From Eledone cirrhosa (lineage: Eukaryota), in NCBI GenBank assembly GCA_964016885.1, contig OZ024745.1, positions 22,382,001 through 22,446,000 on the forward strand: a stretch of DNA of 64,000 bases, read 5' to 3'. Positions 29,747 through 44,092 of this stretch are shown here, one piece after another. A model generated the notes under the pieces. The model did no database searches. It was not told the origin of the DNA and saw only the letters and a list, made by a program, of their open reading frames with translations. The translations under genes were made by a program, and so were the position numbers. Positions within the stretch are counted from its first letter, which is position 1; each line of letters begins with the position of its first letter.

Positions 29747-29846
29747 GCATATATACATATATACATATATATATGCATATATATATATGTATATATGTAT
29801 ATATGCATATATATATATATATATGTATATATATATGTATGCATAT

Positions 29847-29913
<67 letters not shown>

Positions 29914-30991
29914 AGTTACGTAGATGTGTACATGCATGCAAATGTATGCATACGTAATTTATAATAAGATATTAAAATTTATATGGTAAATAATATCTGT
30001 CATGTATCCCAAATTTCGACATATTTCTAATTGAAGTTCAGTTTTAAAAGCTACTTTACTTATGGGACACTACGTAATATATATTACATTATTATTTTGT
30101 TATTAACAAACAAATAATCACACAGAAACACACACACACTGTTCCACATTAACACCCTCACACCTAAATAGACACATCAGTGCATATATGAACACATAAA
30201 CACATCAGTGCATATATGAACACATAATCATGCGCACGCACAGACACACACACACACATAATAATGTGTGTGTGTGTGTGTGTGTGTGTGTTGGAAAATG
30301 ATGCATTATGGTATATATCATGTAGAATAAAATCACAACTGTGTAATTTATATCTAATTCATTTCCACACACACTCACACACACATTCACACACACACAT
30401 ACATTCACACTCACACATACACACACAATATATCAATAAAATAAAGTACCAGTAAACCAACTGGAGTCCGTTAATCTACTTTCACCGCCCCCCAAATTGT
30501 TGGCCCTTTGCCTAAAATAGAAACCTTTACTCATGGATTGGCAGTATCGGTAGAGGGTCGGACGCCATGTTTGACGCACAGAGTACACTGGGTATTTGCT
30601 GCCTTGTGCCAAAAGTAGAAACAATTATATTAATACTTATCAACATATATATATGTGTGTGTTTATGTACGTATATAAGTATGTTTTATATTACCTTGTG
30701 CCAATCATTTGTGAAACGTACGTAGCAGATCGATAATCAATGAAAGCATGTAAAGGAAACTTTATCATTTTAACATTTTTTTTTCTTAATATATACACGC
30801 TGGCTGTGCATCGAGTGTTCACAATGGTACGACCACTAGCAAATCACTGAATATACATACATATATAAATATATACATTAAACTGTGTTGTTTATTATAC
30901 ATTAAAGATTTAGCTCTGTTACTTACATAGAGCACTCTTCATTCCTTTTACTCTTTCCACGGAAACTTCGATACTTATATATATATATATA

Positions 30992-31430
30992 TACAATATA
31001 TTAATAAATGGAAACTATATTTATAAAACCATATTTATTTTATTATATATATATTTCAAGGGCAACCAAGGTAAACTATGGTGCGCTTTCATCAGATAAA
31101 ATACAGATTTGTTTTATAAATAAATATTGACATACCCTGAAAAAAGACAACCTCAACGGTTGAAATTCGCTGATTAGTTGGTTGTCTTTTTCCGGGTATG
31201 TCAATATTTATTTATAAAATAAATCTGTATTTTATCTGATGAAAGCGCACCATAATTTACCTTGGCTGCCCTTGAAATATATATAATAAAATAATTATGG
31301 TTTTATAAATATAGTTTCCATTTATTAATATATTGTTTATTTACTCCACTAAACTGTTGAGTGCTTTATATCAGTTATAAAAAATGTTTAAGCTTGTTGA
31401 ATCCCAACAAATTAAATATAAGCTCTGCAT
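30992..31430. mobile_element. Fold-back PLE insertion with two HHRs (31038-31101 minus, 31230-31291 plus)
   Basis: ~340-bp palindrome plus ~95-bp tail; ttttat-CTGATGA-aag...ctt-GAAA-tatata-TA-ataaaa. Confidence 0.85.
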
Positions 31431-31449
31431 ATATATATATATACGTATA

Positions 31450-31531
<82 letters not shown>

Positions 31532-31667
31532 AATATATATATATATATATATACATATACAGTATATACATATGACAGTCGATTGACTTTCGTCAAATCG
31601 GACCGAGGAAACAATGTTTCCAATTGCTAATACTATCTATCGGTCGCAACTCCAGGTATACATATAC

Positions 31668-31778
<111 letters not shown>

Positions 31779-32178
31779 TACATATATATATATACATATA
31801 TATACATATATATACATATATATATATATACATATATATATACATATACATATATATATACATATATATACATATATATATATATATATAAACATATATA
31901 TACATATATATACATATATATACACATATATACATATATATATATACATATATATATACATATATATACATATATATATGTATATATATGCATATATATA
32001 CATATATATATATATATAAGTATATATATATATATATATACATATATATACATATATATATATATAATATATATATATACACATATATACATATATATAC
32101 ATATATATATACATATATATACATATGTATATATATATATATATATGCATATATATACATATATATATATATATACAC

Positions 32179-32271
<93 letters not shown>

Positions 32272-32730
32272 TATATACATATATATATATAATATCTATA
32301 GATATATATATAGATTTATAATTATATTTATATGTATAGATAAATAGTTATATATCATGTGCGTGTGTGCTATATTCCTATTCAATTCAGGTCATACGTA
32401 TGTTAGTATGTACGTGTGTTATACTTTAGTTTATTTCGTGACTTTACAATACCAGATGACTACAAAACCCTCATTAACAGATTGTTTATTTATATTTATT
32501 TCAGCCATTTGTTTCAATGTGGCTATATTTTTTATTTCATTCTTACACATAAAATAGCCATATAATGTATATTTCTGTTACTTCTTTCATTTCAATATTG
32601 CTTTTCTTTCTAATATTGAATTCCTGTTGACAGAATTATTTGATATTTGCCGAAATATATTGAACATTACAAAGGAATCCTCTCCCATTCGTGCGAACTA
32701 TCACACACCGACAACGGTTGTGGGTATGTT

Positions 32731-32801
<71 letters not shown>

Positions 32802-32822
32802 ATAATAATAATAATAATAATA

Positions 32823-32854
<32 letters not shown>

Positions 32855-32880
32855 ATATAGTAATAATAATAATAATAATA

Positions 32881-32912
<32 letters not shown>

Positions 32913-32929
32913 ATATATATATAGTAATA

Positions 32930-32961
<32 letters not shown>

Positions 32962-32979
32962 ATATATAGTAATAATATA

Positions 32980-33015
<36 letters not shown>

Positions 33016-33066
33016 ATATATATATATATATGTAAATACATATATGTATATACATATATATATATA

Positions 33067-33125
<59 letters not shown>

Positions 33126-33186
33126 TATGTAGGTAATAGGAAAATGTATGACCCCGACGGCAGAGCTCAAGCCGTTTCGACGGCTA

Positions 33187-33220
<34 letters not shown>

Positions 33221-34386
33221 ATAACATATTTAATATAGAAAGGGCTTCTTCAGGAATAGAACTGTTTTATGAAAAATAAATCATCAGGAAAGCCCTGTTG
33301 ATTTGAATCTTACGCTCTACTAATCGGTTACCCCCGATTGAACCTAGGACTCATATATATATATGTGTGTGTATCCATACGCGGAAAAAAGGCGCTACAA
33401 ATGGTTTCAAGCCACAATTTTGACTACCTCCCGAGATTGTAAGAGTGGTCATAGATGTGACCTTGTTGTCAGTCGCTTGGACGTGTTTGAATATACCGCT
33501 AAAATACTTTTTTAATGTTATACTTGAAATCTCTCCAAGCGCCTGACGACTAGGTCATACAATCTGGGGAGATGTTCAATATTATGTCTTGAAACCCTAG
33601 ATACGGTCTTGTTCTGAATATATATATACATACAAAATTTGGTTAAATACACATCTTCATCTGTCGAATATACGCGTTTCGTTGGGGAAGTTATTACTTC
33701 GTCAGCTCGCCAGTTCGACATATTTCTTACATATGTGAGGATTAAAATCCACTAGAGAGTTTTTATTGAAGAGGAGAAAACTTTGGTGATTATAAGTCAG
33801 GTAATGGTGATAACTCTTGCTTATGCTTGTGTGAAATAGAAATAATTTTTCCTAACCTATGGTTGGGGAATCTATTGTGTGGGCTGAAGAGATGTAGCAG
33901 GGAGTTTACGTAAAATGTTTCTTGTGTGCTAGAGAGTTATAGAGGTTAGAGCCTCATGGGAGTGTTGTTACTTTCTGTATTTCTTGGTGTTAAAAAGCCT
34001 TCCGTACCAAGTGAGAATAACGCTGTTAACCGTCGTCATAAACTGGTACAAATTGATGACTACGGTACAAATATATTCAGGGTGGTAATTCAAGAGAGTC
34101 AGTGTTGTGGAAGACCCAATTTTGACCATCTCCCCAGATTGTAAGAGCAATCTAATTTGTAATCTATTCGTCAGATGCTTGGACAAATTTGATGTTACCG
34201 TTAAAATTATATAACATTAAAAAATATATTTCTAACAGTATTTTCAAACTCGGCCTCGCCTCGAAAGCTGATCGTGGAGCTTCAGGATTAAACAAAATAT
34301 GACTTATGAATAGAGAAGCTACACATTAGCTGAAAACTCTCGAAAATACGTAGATCTATACTAGTTTCTAGGAGCAGAGGCCATTT

Positions 34387-34458
<72 letters not shown>

Positions 34459-35059
34459 AAAAGGGCAACTAGCCTATTTCTGGTCCGATCAGTCAAATGG
34501 CTTTTCTCTGGATGTATATATGTATACAAAACCTTAGCGGAAAACAGTACATGATACTGTACAGTGAAGATATATATTAGTTTAACGCTTGATAGTTTGT
34601 TAACGTATCGGATGCTAGTTCTTCATATGGAAAGTTCGAGAAGACCAAAAATCAGAGTTGTATTCGATGTAGGTGTATTGATGAGGTAATGGGTCAACCA
34701 CGAGCCCTGCGGTTTCAGTTCGCTACCTAGCAAAATTCTTTAAAGGTGTTCTTTCGAAGAAGATTCCGTTCGGACCTTTATCCCATAAACATATATATAT
34801 ATGTATATGTTATTCAAAGGCTACTACAAAGCAAAGTGGGCGGTTGACTTTGGAAAGGCAACGAAGATGTTGTGTCACCAGTTTCTTATTATAATCTTCT
34901 GATGAAGGAATTTTATTTCCGAAATGTTAGGACAGGTAAATATAATAACAGGTGACAAACTAACATCTTCATTACCTTCGAATTTTTTCCCAAGTCTACC
35001 ATACTTGTTGCATTGTTGTAGCCTTCGGAAAACGTAGTATATATATATATAGTACGTTT

Positions 35060-35431
35060 CTTCCACATTGACTTTTTATGCTCCACATTATGCACGTTTT
35101 TTTTCCTTTTTCTTTTTTCTTTTCACTTCATAAACCTTGTTTGTAAATAACATTATTCTTTCTGCACCTTCTGTTTATCATGTGCGACACCACACTAATA
35201 CATTTCACTATCATTAAAAATACTGAAACCGGTAATAGACAATAATTAAATATATAAATAGATAAATAAATGCCATTGTTAAATAATAAATAAATCAACT
35301 AATACCTTAACACTTTACACAAAGTAAAACATTTCGTTTTAATCATTTTCTAACCCAGAAAAGAGAGAGAGAGAAACAAAAAAGGAAAAAAAAAAAATGT
35401 TTCTTCCTAATAATCGTCTCTTTCTCCCTGT

Positions 35432-35437
<6 letters not shown>
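35060..35437 (+). mobile_element. PLE 3' fragment, same family as 39273-40388
   Basis: reverse-complement match to 39273-39660; ends in (TA)n. Confidence 0.8.
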
Positions 35438-35477
<40 letters not shown>

Positions 35478-35686
35478 ATGTATGTGTATAAGATATGTGC
35501 AGTAAATATATATTACTCAAGTTAAGGTGTTTATCGTAGTTGGACCTCATTGAAATTCGATAGGAATATATAACAGTTTATAATTTATGTATGAACCCAT
35601 AGAGAATATTGAACCAAGATATACGTTATATATATATGTATATGTATACGTGTATATATATAAATATATATATATATATACATATA

Positions 35687-35761
<75 letters not shown>

Positions 35762-36496
35762 ATGTGTGTGTGTGTGTGTGTAATAGAACATAATATAATA
35801 TATATATATATAAAGAAGAAGAAGAAGAAGAAGAAGGAGGAGGAGGAGGAGGAGAAGGAGAGGAGGTGGAGGAGGAGGAGAAATGTAATGAGAGATGGGG
35901 AGGACGAGATGATAAACATTCGCAATTTCGGTATTATCGTTACATTTATTGTCAATAACTTCTCCCAAAGATACCATAATTCTGTCTTTAATTCTAGCTG
36001 CGTGCTTTGGTTTATTTGATTGGTGAACTACAACATGGAAGGTCCACGTGTGACACATTAAATAATTAGTTCAATGCAATGGTTCTCAAACTTCTTTCTA
36101 CTTAAGCTCAGCATTACTTGCAAGAAAGCAATTGCCAAGAGCTTTCATTGGACACTGAAACTTTTCTCATGCTGAGACATATATATCAGAAAGTTCTATA
36201 ACGTCTAGTTTATCGGATGGAACCTATATATTGCCTACTTAAGAAATATATTTAATGGTGCACACAGAAGCTCTAAAACACTTATAAGGAACACTGCATA
36301 ATTGCTCCGTTTTCGTTGTGTTTGGGGCATGAGGAACACGGTTTAGTTCAGATTTCGTAGTGTTTTGGTTACTAGGGGGTTAATCTTCTGGAGAGTATGT
36401 CAATATGCCCTAAATGATATTTCCAGCATATTTGGAAGCCATTCATGACAATTGGGGGACATATAGTACGTATGATAAAGCTTATTACCCTAAAAT

Positions 36497-36816
36497 TATA
36501 TAACGAATTCCTACTGAGGATTTGCTTTTAAGATGTATAAGCTTTGCACACATGCTTCTATAAACTATATACATAAGCTGCTTGCTGTATACCAAACTAA
36601 CTATCGACAGAATATAAGAGGGTTGGCTGAAATTTTCATAGTGTGACTATATAGGGCTGATGCTAGAGCTGTGAAATCTTCCATGTATTAATTTCAACTC
36701 TTCTTATTAATAACTGAATAGTTTCTTTCCAGGAACTCTGATGAAAAATAAACCTTATTTGGTCATTCCATGAGAGTATCTTGGTCAGCCGATGAACTTT
36801 TCAGCCGACCCTCGTA
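36497..36816. mobile_element. Mariner-type MITE (36617-36814) plus an upstream segment shared with 24925-25055
   Basis: TIRs agagggttggctgaaattttcat / atgaacttttcagccgaccctcg, flanked by TA. Confidence 0.7.
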
Positions 36817-37010
36817 TTTATGATTTATTTAGAACCTGTTGTCACCCAAGCACTAGATATTTATTATTTTCTTCTTTTTTGGTGTGGGGATGGGTCTGTA
36901 ATTATGTTTCAAAACCTCAGTCCCTTTTCACTGACTGCAGTCAGCTGAGTTATATACGACCAGTATTGGTCCAGGCGATGTCTAACTTAATAGCACCACC
37001 TGGTGCTATA

Positions 37011-37163
37011 TACCTCCCTACTCACCACCATAGGAGCTGAGCTGGCCAGCCACAGGTGTGAGCCTCAAGAGCTGGAATGGCTCCGGGGAAACGCCATCTA
37101 TATTCTGTCCGCCGGGGCTGTGGGGAGGCCACCAATATGATTGACTAACTTGTCATTTTATCA
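37011..37163 (+). mobile_element. CRE-clade 3' end, internally deleted
   Basis: matches 11947-12125. Confidence 0.8.
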
Positions 37164-37345
37164 GTCAGATGTGTTTAGACAGCCAAAGGATCTGTGACTT
37201 CACATAGCCTATGAAATGATACTGTTTCCAGAATTTAGACGGAGAGCCCAAACAGCCAGAACGAATACTGCAAAATATTGTACCAAGCGTTCTAACGATT
37301 TTTCCAATCTTTTAGAATTCTGCAACGCCTTATATAGGTTTCTTA

Positions 37346-37575
37346 TAATGGTTTCTTATATAGGCACAAGGCCAGCATTTTTTTTTTTTGGGGGGGGGGG
37401 GTTCAATTGAATCGAATCCAGTGCGTGACAGGTACTTTATTTTATCGACCACGAAAGGATGAAAGGCAAAGTTAACCTCGGCGGGATTTGAACTCAGACC
37501 GTAAAGAGCCGTAACTCTATGTCGCAAAGCATGGCGTCCGACCCTCTACCGATACGGCCAATCCAATCCACCGCC
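37346..37575 (-). mobile_element. SINE family A, long-tail variant
   Basis: reverse-complement match. Confidence 0.88.
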
Positions 37576-37774
37576 CTGTTCTTAAAGAATAATAAAACAT
37601 TAAAAAAAGACATATATAACGCTGATGTATAAATGTGTTGATAAAACCACACAATTATTTTTTTCTAAATGTACTACAGCCACCAGATTGTCAAACAACG
37701 TGGACATTTTATAACTAAGTTTTAAAAAAGTACGATGGGAATTTTTAGAAAAAGAGAAAATCTAACAAATATTA

Positions 37775-38203
37775 ATCGTTTCTACTTTTGGCACAAGGCC
37801 AGCAATTATCCCAGTGTATTTTTATAATTTTTTTTTTTTTGACAGCTATGCAGGTTTAGCTGGCGTCTTCCAAGGTATATCTCGTTGGAGGTGTCTTGGG
37901 TAATTTAATAATAGGGACCCCAGTCCTATCATCTCATTTCTACAGCTGAGTAAACTGGGGCAACGTAAAATAAAGTGCCCTGCTCAAGGAAACAACACAA
38001 CACCCGGTCCGAGAATTGAACTCACAACCTTTCGATTGCAAGCCCAATGCTCAAACCACTAAGCCATGCGCCTTCACATCCCAGTGTACTACTGGTACTT
38101 TATTTTATCGAACCCGTAAGGATGAAAGTCAAAGTTAACCTCGGTGGGATTTGAACTCAGACCATAAAGGGCCGTAATTCTTTGCTGCAAAGCATGGCGT
38201 CCA
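37775..38203 (-). mobile_element. SINE family A interrupted by SINE family B (37819-38077)
   Basis: 11-bp TSD atcccagtgta at 37808-37818 and 38078-38088. Confidence 0.9.
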
Positions 38204-38363
38204 AATATTAATATTACTGCAGTTGACCGCCATAACTAAATATCTGTTTGAGAACTAAGAGATAACATGAGACGTCTCGTTCTCACTATTGATAATCATA
38301 AATTTTCCTTCTAAAGTTACTGAACTTTTCATGACAAAAGGCCTGCTTGAAGGTTTATTGATC

Positions 38364-38457
<94 letters not shown>

Positions 38458-38458
38458 T

Positions 38459-38518
<60 letters not shown>

Positions 38519-38760
38519 ATATATATATATTTATATATATATATATACATACAGACATATATACATATACATGTGTGTCCATGTGTGTATGTATGTATGT
38601 ATGCATATATGCAAATTCACATGTATACATATAATATATTATAATATAATATATCTTTGACATATATATATATGCGCGTGTGTATGTGTGTGTGTAATAT
38701 ATATAAATATATATACATATGTACACACACACATATACATATATATATATACATACACAC

Positions 38761-38831
<71 letters not shown>

Positions 38832-38832
38832 T

Positions 38833-39075
38833 GGAAAGTTATATTTAAATTGTTGGGTTAACAACGAGTAAATATTTATAACTGATATAAAAGCACTCAA
38901 CAAGTATTTGGAGTATATTTATGATATTAAATAAATGGAAACTATATTTATAAAACCATATTTATTTCATTATATATATTTCAGGGATATCATATTAACA
39001 ATATGTTATGCCTTCATCAGACAAAATACAATATAAACAGTCTTATAAATAAATAGATATGACATACCTTTCAAT
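38833..39075 (-). mobile_element. PLE pLTR fragment with HHR (38965-39026)
   Basis: ttttgt-CTGATGA-agg...cct-GAAA-tatata-TA-atgaaa; related to the 30992 and 46218 family. Confidence 0.75.
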
Positions 39076-39130
39076 CGACTTGCATTTGGGAAGTTGATTT
39101 GGCAGTTATATACATATATATATATATATA

Positions 39131-40388
<1,258 letters not shown>

Positions 40389-40408
40389 ATATATATATAT
40401 ATATATAT

Positions 40409-41479
40409 ATAATATAAGATCAAAAGATGGTTAAAGGAGTTCCATATATTTTATTATGCGCATTTCAAAAACAAACATCATCATGCAATAATATTTGTGT
40501 TTTCATCAGAGAAAATAGGAGAACATGATATGAAGGCTAAAAAACACTTGTGGATAGTGCAGTTTTAAATCAACATATGAAAAGTGGTTTTAGATTGATG
40601 TGTGATATTGGGAAAAATATTTTATTTAGAGAGGGGGGGGAGGATGAAAAGGGAAGGAGATGAGAGGGAGAGATGGGTGATAGAGAGAAAGAGATAGTTT
40701 TTATAACTGAGAGGAGATATATTTTTTACATAGAGAGGTTGAAAACCGTTGGAAGATACTGTATAAATTAAAAATTTTGAAAATTAACGAAGGGAGGATA
40801 TGTGCGAGGAAAAAATATTTTATTTAGGGAGGGGGGTGGAAAGGATGAAAGAAAAGGGGAGGAGATGAGAGTGAAGGTGGAGAGGGAGAGATGGGTGATA
40901 GAGAGAAAGAGATAGTTTTTATAACTGAGAAAAAATATATATTGTTTTAATATAGAGAGGTTGGGAACCGTTGGAAGATAATGTATAAATTAAAGGAATT
41001 TGAAAATTAACGAAGGGAAATTATGTATGAAGATAGAGAGAAAAAAATAATAATTGTGGGTGAATATTCTAACGTCAAAAAGAGAAATGTATGTATTGTG
41101 GCAATTTCAAAATTAGCGAAGAGAAAAATTGTTAAGGTTTGTGTGTAGAAGGATTTGAGAAAAATAATGTGAAGTTAAAGTTTGTATATTGATTGAATTG
41201 ATAATATGTGCGAATAAAGAGTTAATATGTATTAATAATGAGTTCGTTGATGGGGAGAAAAAAAAAAAATAATAATAAATTAAGGATGAAATTGAGATTA
41301 AAAAGATTTATCATAGAGAGAAAAAATAATAATGATTGCGGATGAATATTCTAATGACAAAACAAATGTTATGATTTTACAAGAAGATAGAATGAGGGTA
41401 ATGAGTAAACGAGTATTATAGAGTGTATAATGCCCTTTAACGTAAGGTAGATGGGTATATTTTAAAGAGGTGTATGTAT
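40409..41479 (-). repeat. 3' pseudo-LTR
   Basis: differs from 44093-45164 at only a handful of positions. Confidence 0.92.
40449..40515 (-). ncRNA. Minimal HHR, 3' pLTR copy (one stem I mismatch)
   Basis: ttttct-CTGATGA...GAAA-tgcgca-TA-ataaaa. Confidence 0.75.
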
Positions 41480-41523
41480 ATGTGCCTTTGAGAAAAGATT
41501 CTAAATTGATAAAGAATTGAATA

Positions 41524-43953
41524 TTAACTGTATACTTTGTGAAAAGTTCTATGGAATTTATGCAGGCAGATAGAAAACAAATCTGAGCGTCTATTTATTA
41601 TAGAATCTAGGTTAGAGATAATGGTAAATTTTTCATTTAGGCAGAGATTACAGATTTTAGATAGAGAGCTGTTCAAGTATGAGGATGCAGAAGAAATCTT
41701 CTTCCAAAAGATGGTATATTTAATGTTTTTGTCTTTTAAGGACCATATGAGTTCTGAGAGAGCAGTGTTAGTTCTTTTAAGTTTGTATTTGAAAGATGAA
41801 TGATGATTATAGAGACGAGCTTTAAAAGAGGTGGAAGTGGAGCCAAAATAGGTGAAGGAATTGGTGCTAGTTATAATTTTACATTCATAAATTAAGTTTT
41901 TATCGAGGCAATGGTTGTTGAGAGGACATTTATTTTTAATGCGGCAGTTGCAATTAGAGAGATTATTAATGAGTGATCTAGTGTTATCTATAGAAGGAAT
42001 TGGATTGGAGAAGTTGTTTGCGATAGGAATAATAGGAATAATAGTTTCTTGATTTAGAGTTGGATTATGAACATTTAGCGAAGTTGTGTTTGACGTTGTA
42101 TTTGGGTTTACAGAAGTTAGCCTAGGGTTTACAATGACGTCGGGAGTACTATTACTGTTATTATGAAATTCAATATTGGAAGGAAGAGATTTAGTATTTA
42201 ATATTTTGTTGTTGTGTTTAGAGATGATGTTGGAAATATTGGAGGATGTAGAATACGAAAATTTGATGGTGTGTTTGTTAAATATTTTACTATAGATATG
42301 TGAGGGAGGGAAGCATTTATTTAAGGCACTAAAAAATAATTTAGGAATATTGTTATTAATAGAGATGGAGAAAGGAGCATTATACCAGATTATGTTTTTG
42401 TATCTAGGTCTTTTATTAAAATTATTGGAATGGTCATGATTAATTATTCTACTGTAAGTTTTTCTAGAATTTGTTTCTTTATTATATTTGATTTTATCTG
42501 GATAGCCGGCTTTAGAAAGTGCGTTATTATAGTAATTGGCGTTAGCATCAAAGATGTTTTTATTAGAAGATATGTTAGATATTCTATTTCCAATATTATT
42601 AACTATAGCATTCTTGATATTGGTAGGATGGTTAGATTTAAAGTGAACATAATTAAGGTTCTCATTGTTTTTATGGTAAGGGTAATATAGGCCAGTGTCA
42701 AGATTAAGAGATACATCCAAGAAATTAGCTAGTTTGATACTATTATCAAATTCAATTTTTAGGTTATGTTGGTTAAAGAGATTACGTATATTGTTCTTAA
42801 TAATATTAAGTTTAACTATATTGCAATTTAGGATAGTAAAGAGTCCATCGTCACGATAAATTCCACCGCGAAGTTGAGGAATTTTCCGACTCAAAGAGTT
42901 CAAAATGAAGATACCAATTAAATCAGTCAATTGGGATGAATCGGATGCTCCCATTGTGATGTCGAAGTTGTTAGAGGTATCGGCTCTGGTCCAATATTCG
43001 TTGTTGAACTCTAGGATGGTTTTACGTGCGGTGAGGATGATGTGAAGTTCATCTGTGGTGATGTCAGAATATTTAAGTGCGAAAGATAGAGCATTATTGA
43101 GAAGTGAAGGCGAAATGGAGGAATAGTAGCTGGCAATATCAAATTGAATAAATTTTAGTTTGTTTTTATTATCCAATTTGTTGAACCAGCCAATCACTTC
43201 AGAAGTACCAAACCATAAATTTAGGTTCAAAGAAGAGCAATTAGAACTAACCTGTGGGATAATCCTATCCAAGATGGCTTTACTAACAACCCCCAGATCA
43301 GATTTAGAGGGGGTGATTAATCTAACAGGTAGTTCAGTGCGAAAATTGTTTTTGTGATCCTTGAGATTTATCCTCGGAGTTCTTGGGAGGAATGGTTCGG
43401 TCTTTTTTTCAATGCCAAGTGTTGACATAATCTCATAGGCTTCAAGGTTTATGCATTCTAAATTTTCATGGTTGGTTTTACGATACTTTTTCCTAAGTTC
43501 CCTTAGGATAAGGTTGTTATAATTATCCTTGGAAATACCATATAGGTTATTGGTTTTGTCAGAGTGGGCTAAAACATTTTTTGAGGAATTTAGGTTAGAG
43601 ATTGTGTTCTTGAGATTTACAAGGTGCTCTTGTCCTTTGTAAGGGTATCTCTTGAATTTAAGATTTTTTATTATTTTAGTTAATTCTTCCTCGAATTGTA
43701 CTAGATTTTTGTTGGAAGGAGGATTTCGTCTAGAATTAAAAAGATGATCGAGGAAGTTGTGTTCTTTGGTATGAAAGTTCCCTTTTAGGCGCTGGTCATA
43801 GAAATAGGCTGTCCATCTAAGTCTTCTTACGAAGGAGTCAGTTTTTTCAATAAGAAGTTTGGTGAATTCAGATTTACCAGGTATAGGAATGTCTTTAGTT
43901 GAATTGGTTATGTTGTAATAATCCATGTTGTAGAAGAAGAGATGAAGGACCAT
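41524..43953 (-). CDS. PLE reverse transcriptase + C-terminal GIY-YIG endonuclease (809 aa from ATG 43953, or 800 aa from ATG 43926)
   Basis: STKDIPIP, SDKTNNLY, LKDHK, FDIASYYSSI, FDITMGASDS, GIYRDDG, NFLDV; CNCR....CPL...C linker; LIY..YFG, FKARLYNH, CNLCLNEK, NRRSD...CLH. Confidence 0.93.
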   Translation of the reverse strand: MVLHLFFYNMDYYNITNSTKDIPIPGKSEFTKLLIEKTDSFVRRLRWTAYFYDQRLKGNFHTKEHNFLDHLFNSRRNPPSNKNLVQFEEELTKIIKNLKFKRYPYKGQEHLVNLKNTISNLNSSKNVLAHSDKTNNLYGISKDNYNNLILRELRKKYRKTNHENLECINLEAYEIMSTLGIEKKTEPFLPRTPRINLKDHKNNFRTELPVRLITPSKSDLGVVSKAILDRIIPQVSSNCSSLNLNLWFGTSEVIGWFNKLDNKNKLKFIQFDIASYYSSISPSLLNNALSFALKYSDITTDELHIILTARKTILEFNNEYWTRADTSNNFDITMGASDSSQLTDLIGIFILNSLSRKIPQLRGGIYRDDGLFTILNCNIVKLNIIKNNIRNLFNQHNLKIEFDNSIKLANFLDVSLNLDTGLYYPYHKNNENLNYVHFKSNHPTNIKNAIVNNIGNRISNISSNKNIFDANANYYNNALSKAGYPDKIKYNKETNSRKTYSRIINHDHSNNFNKRPRYKNIIWYNAPFSISINNNIPKLFFSALNKCFPPSHIYSKIFNKHTIKFSYSTSSNISNIISKHNNKILNTKSLPSNIEFHNNSNSTPDVIVNPRLTSVNPNTTSNTTSLNVHNPTLNQETIIPIIPIANNFSNPIPSIDNTRSLINNLSNCNCRIKNKCPLNNHCLDKNLIYECKIITSTNSFTYFGSTSTSFKARLYNHHSSFKYKLKRTNTALSELIWSLKDKNIKYTIFWKKISSASSYLNSSLSKICNLCLNEKFTIISNLDSIINRRSDLFSICLHKFHRTFHKVYS

Positions 43954-44092
43954 CAAAAGGTATCCAATATGAGAGTAAGCGCTCAACCGTTAAGGAGCAA
44001 GTTAATGTAGGAGGTGAGTTTTATTGTAGTACAATAAAGCAATGCAGATATCGGATAAGAAGCACTCTACAGTTTGTGGGACTGGAGTATGC

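Noticed and set aside
33400-34200. Possible old PLE body next to a degenerate HHR at 33665-33709
   Set aside because: No convincing RT or EN motifs recovered in any frame
43954-43986. ORF-track start of the PLE protein at 43986
   Set aside because: That codon is TTG; the first ATGs are at 43953 and 43926
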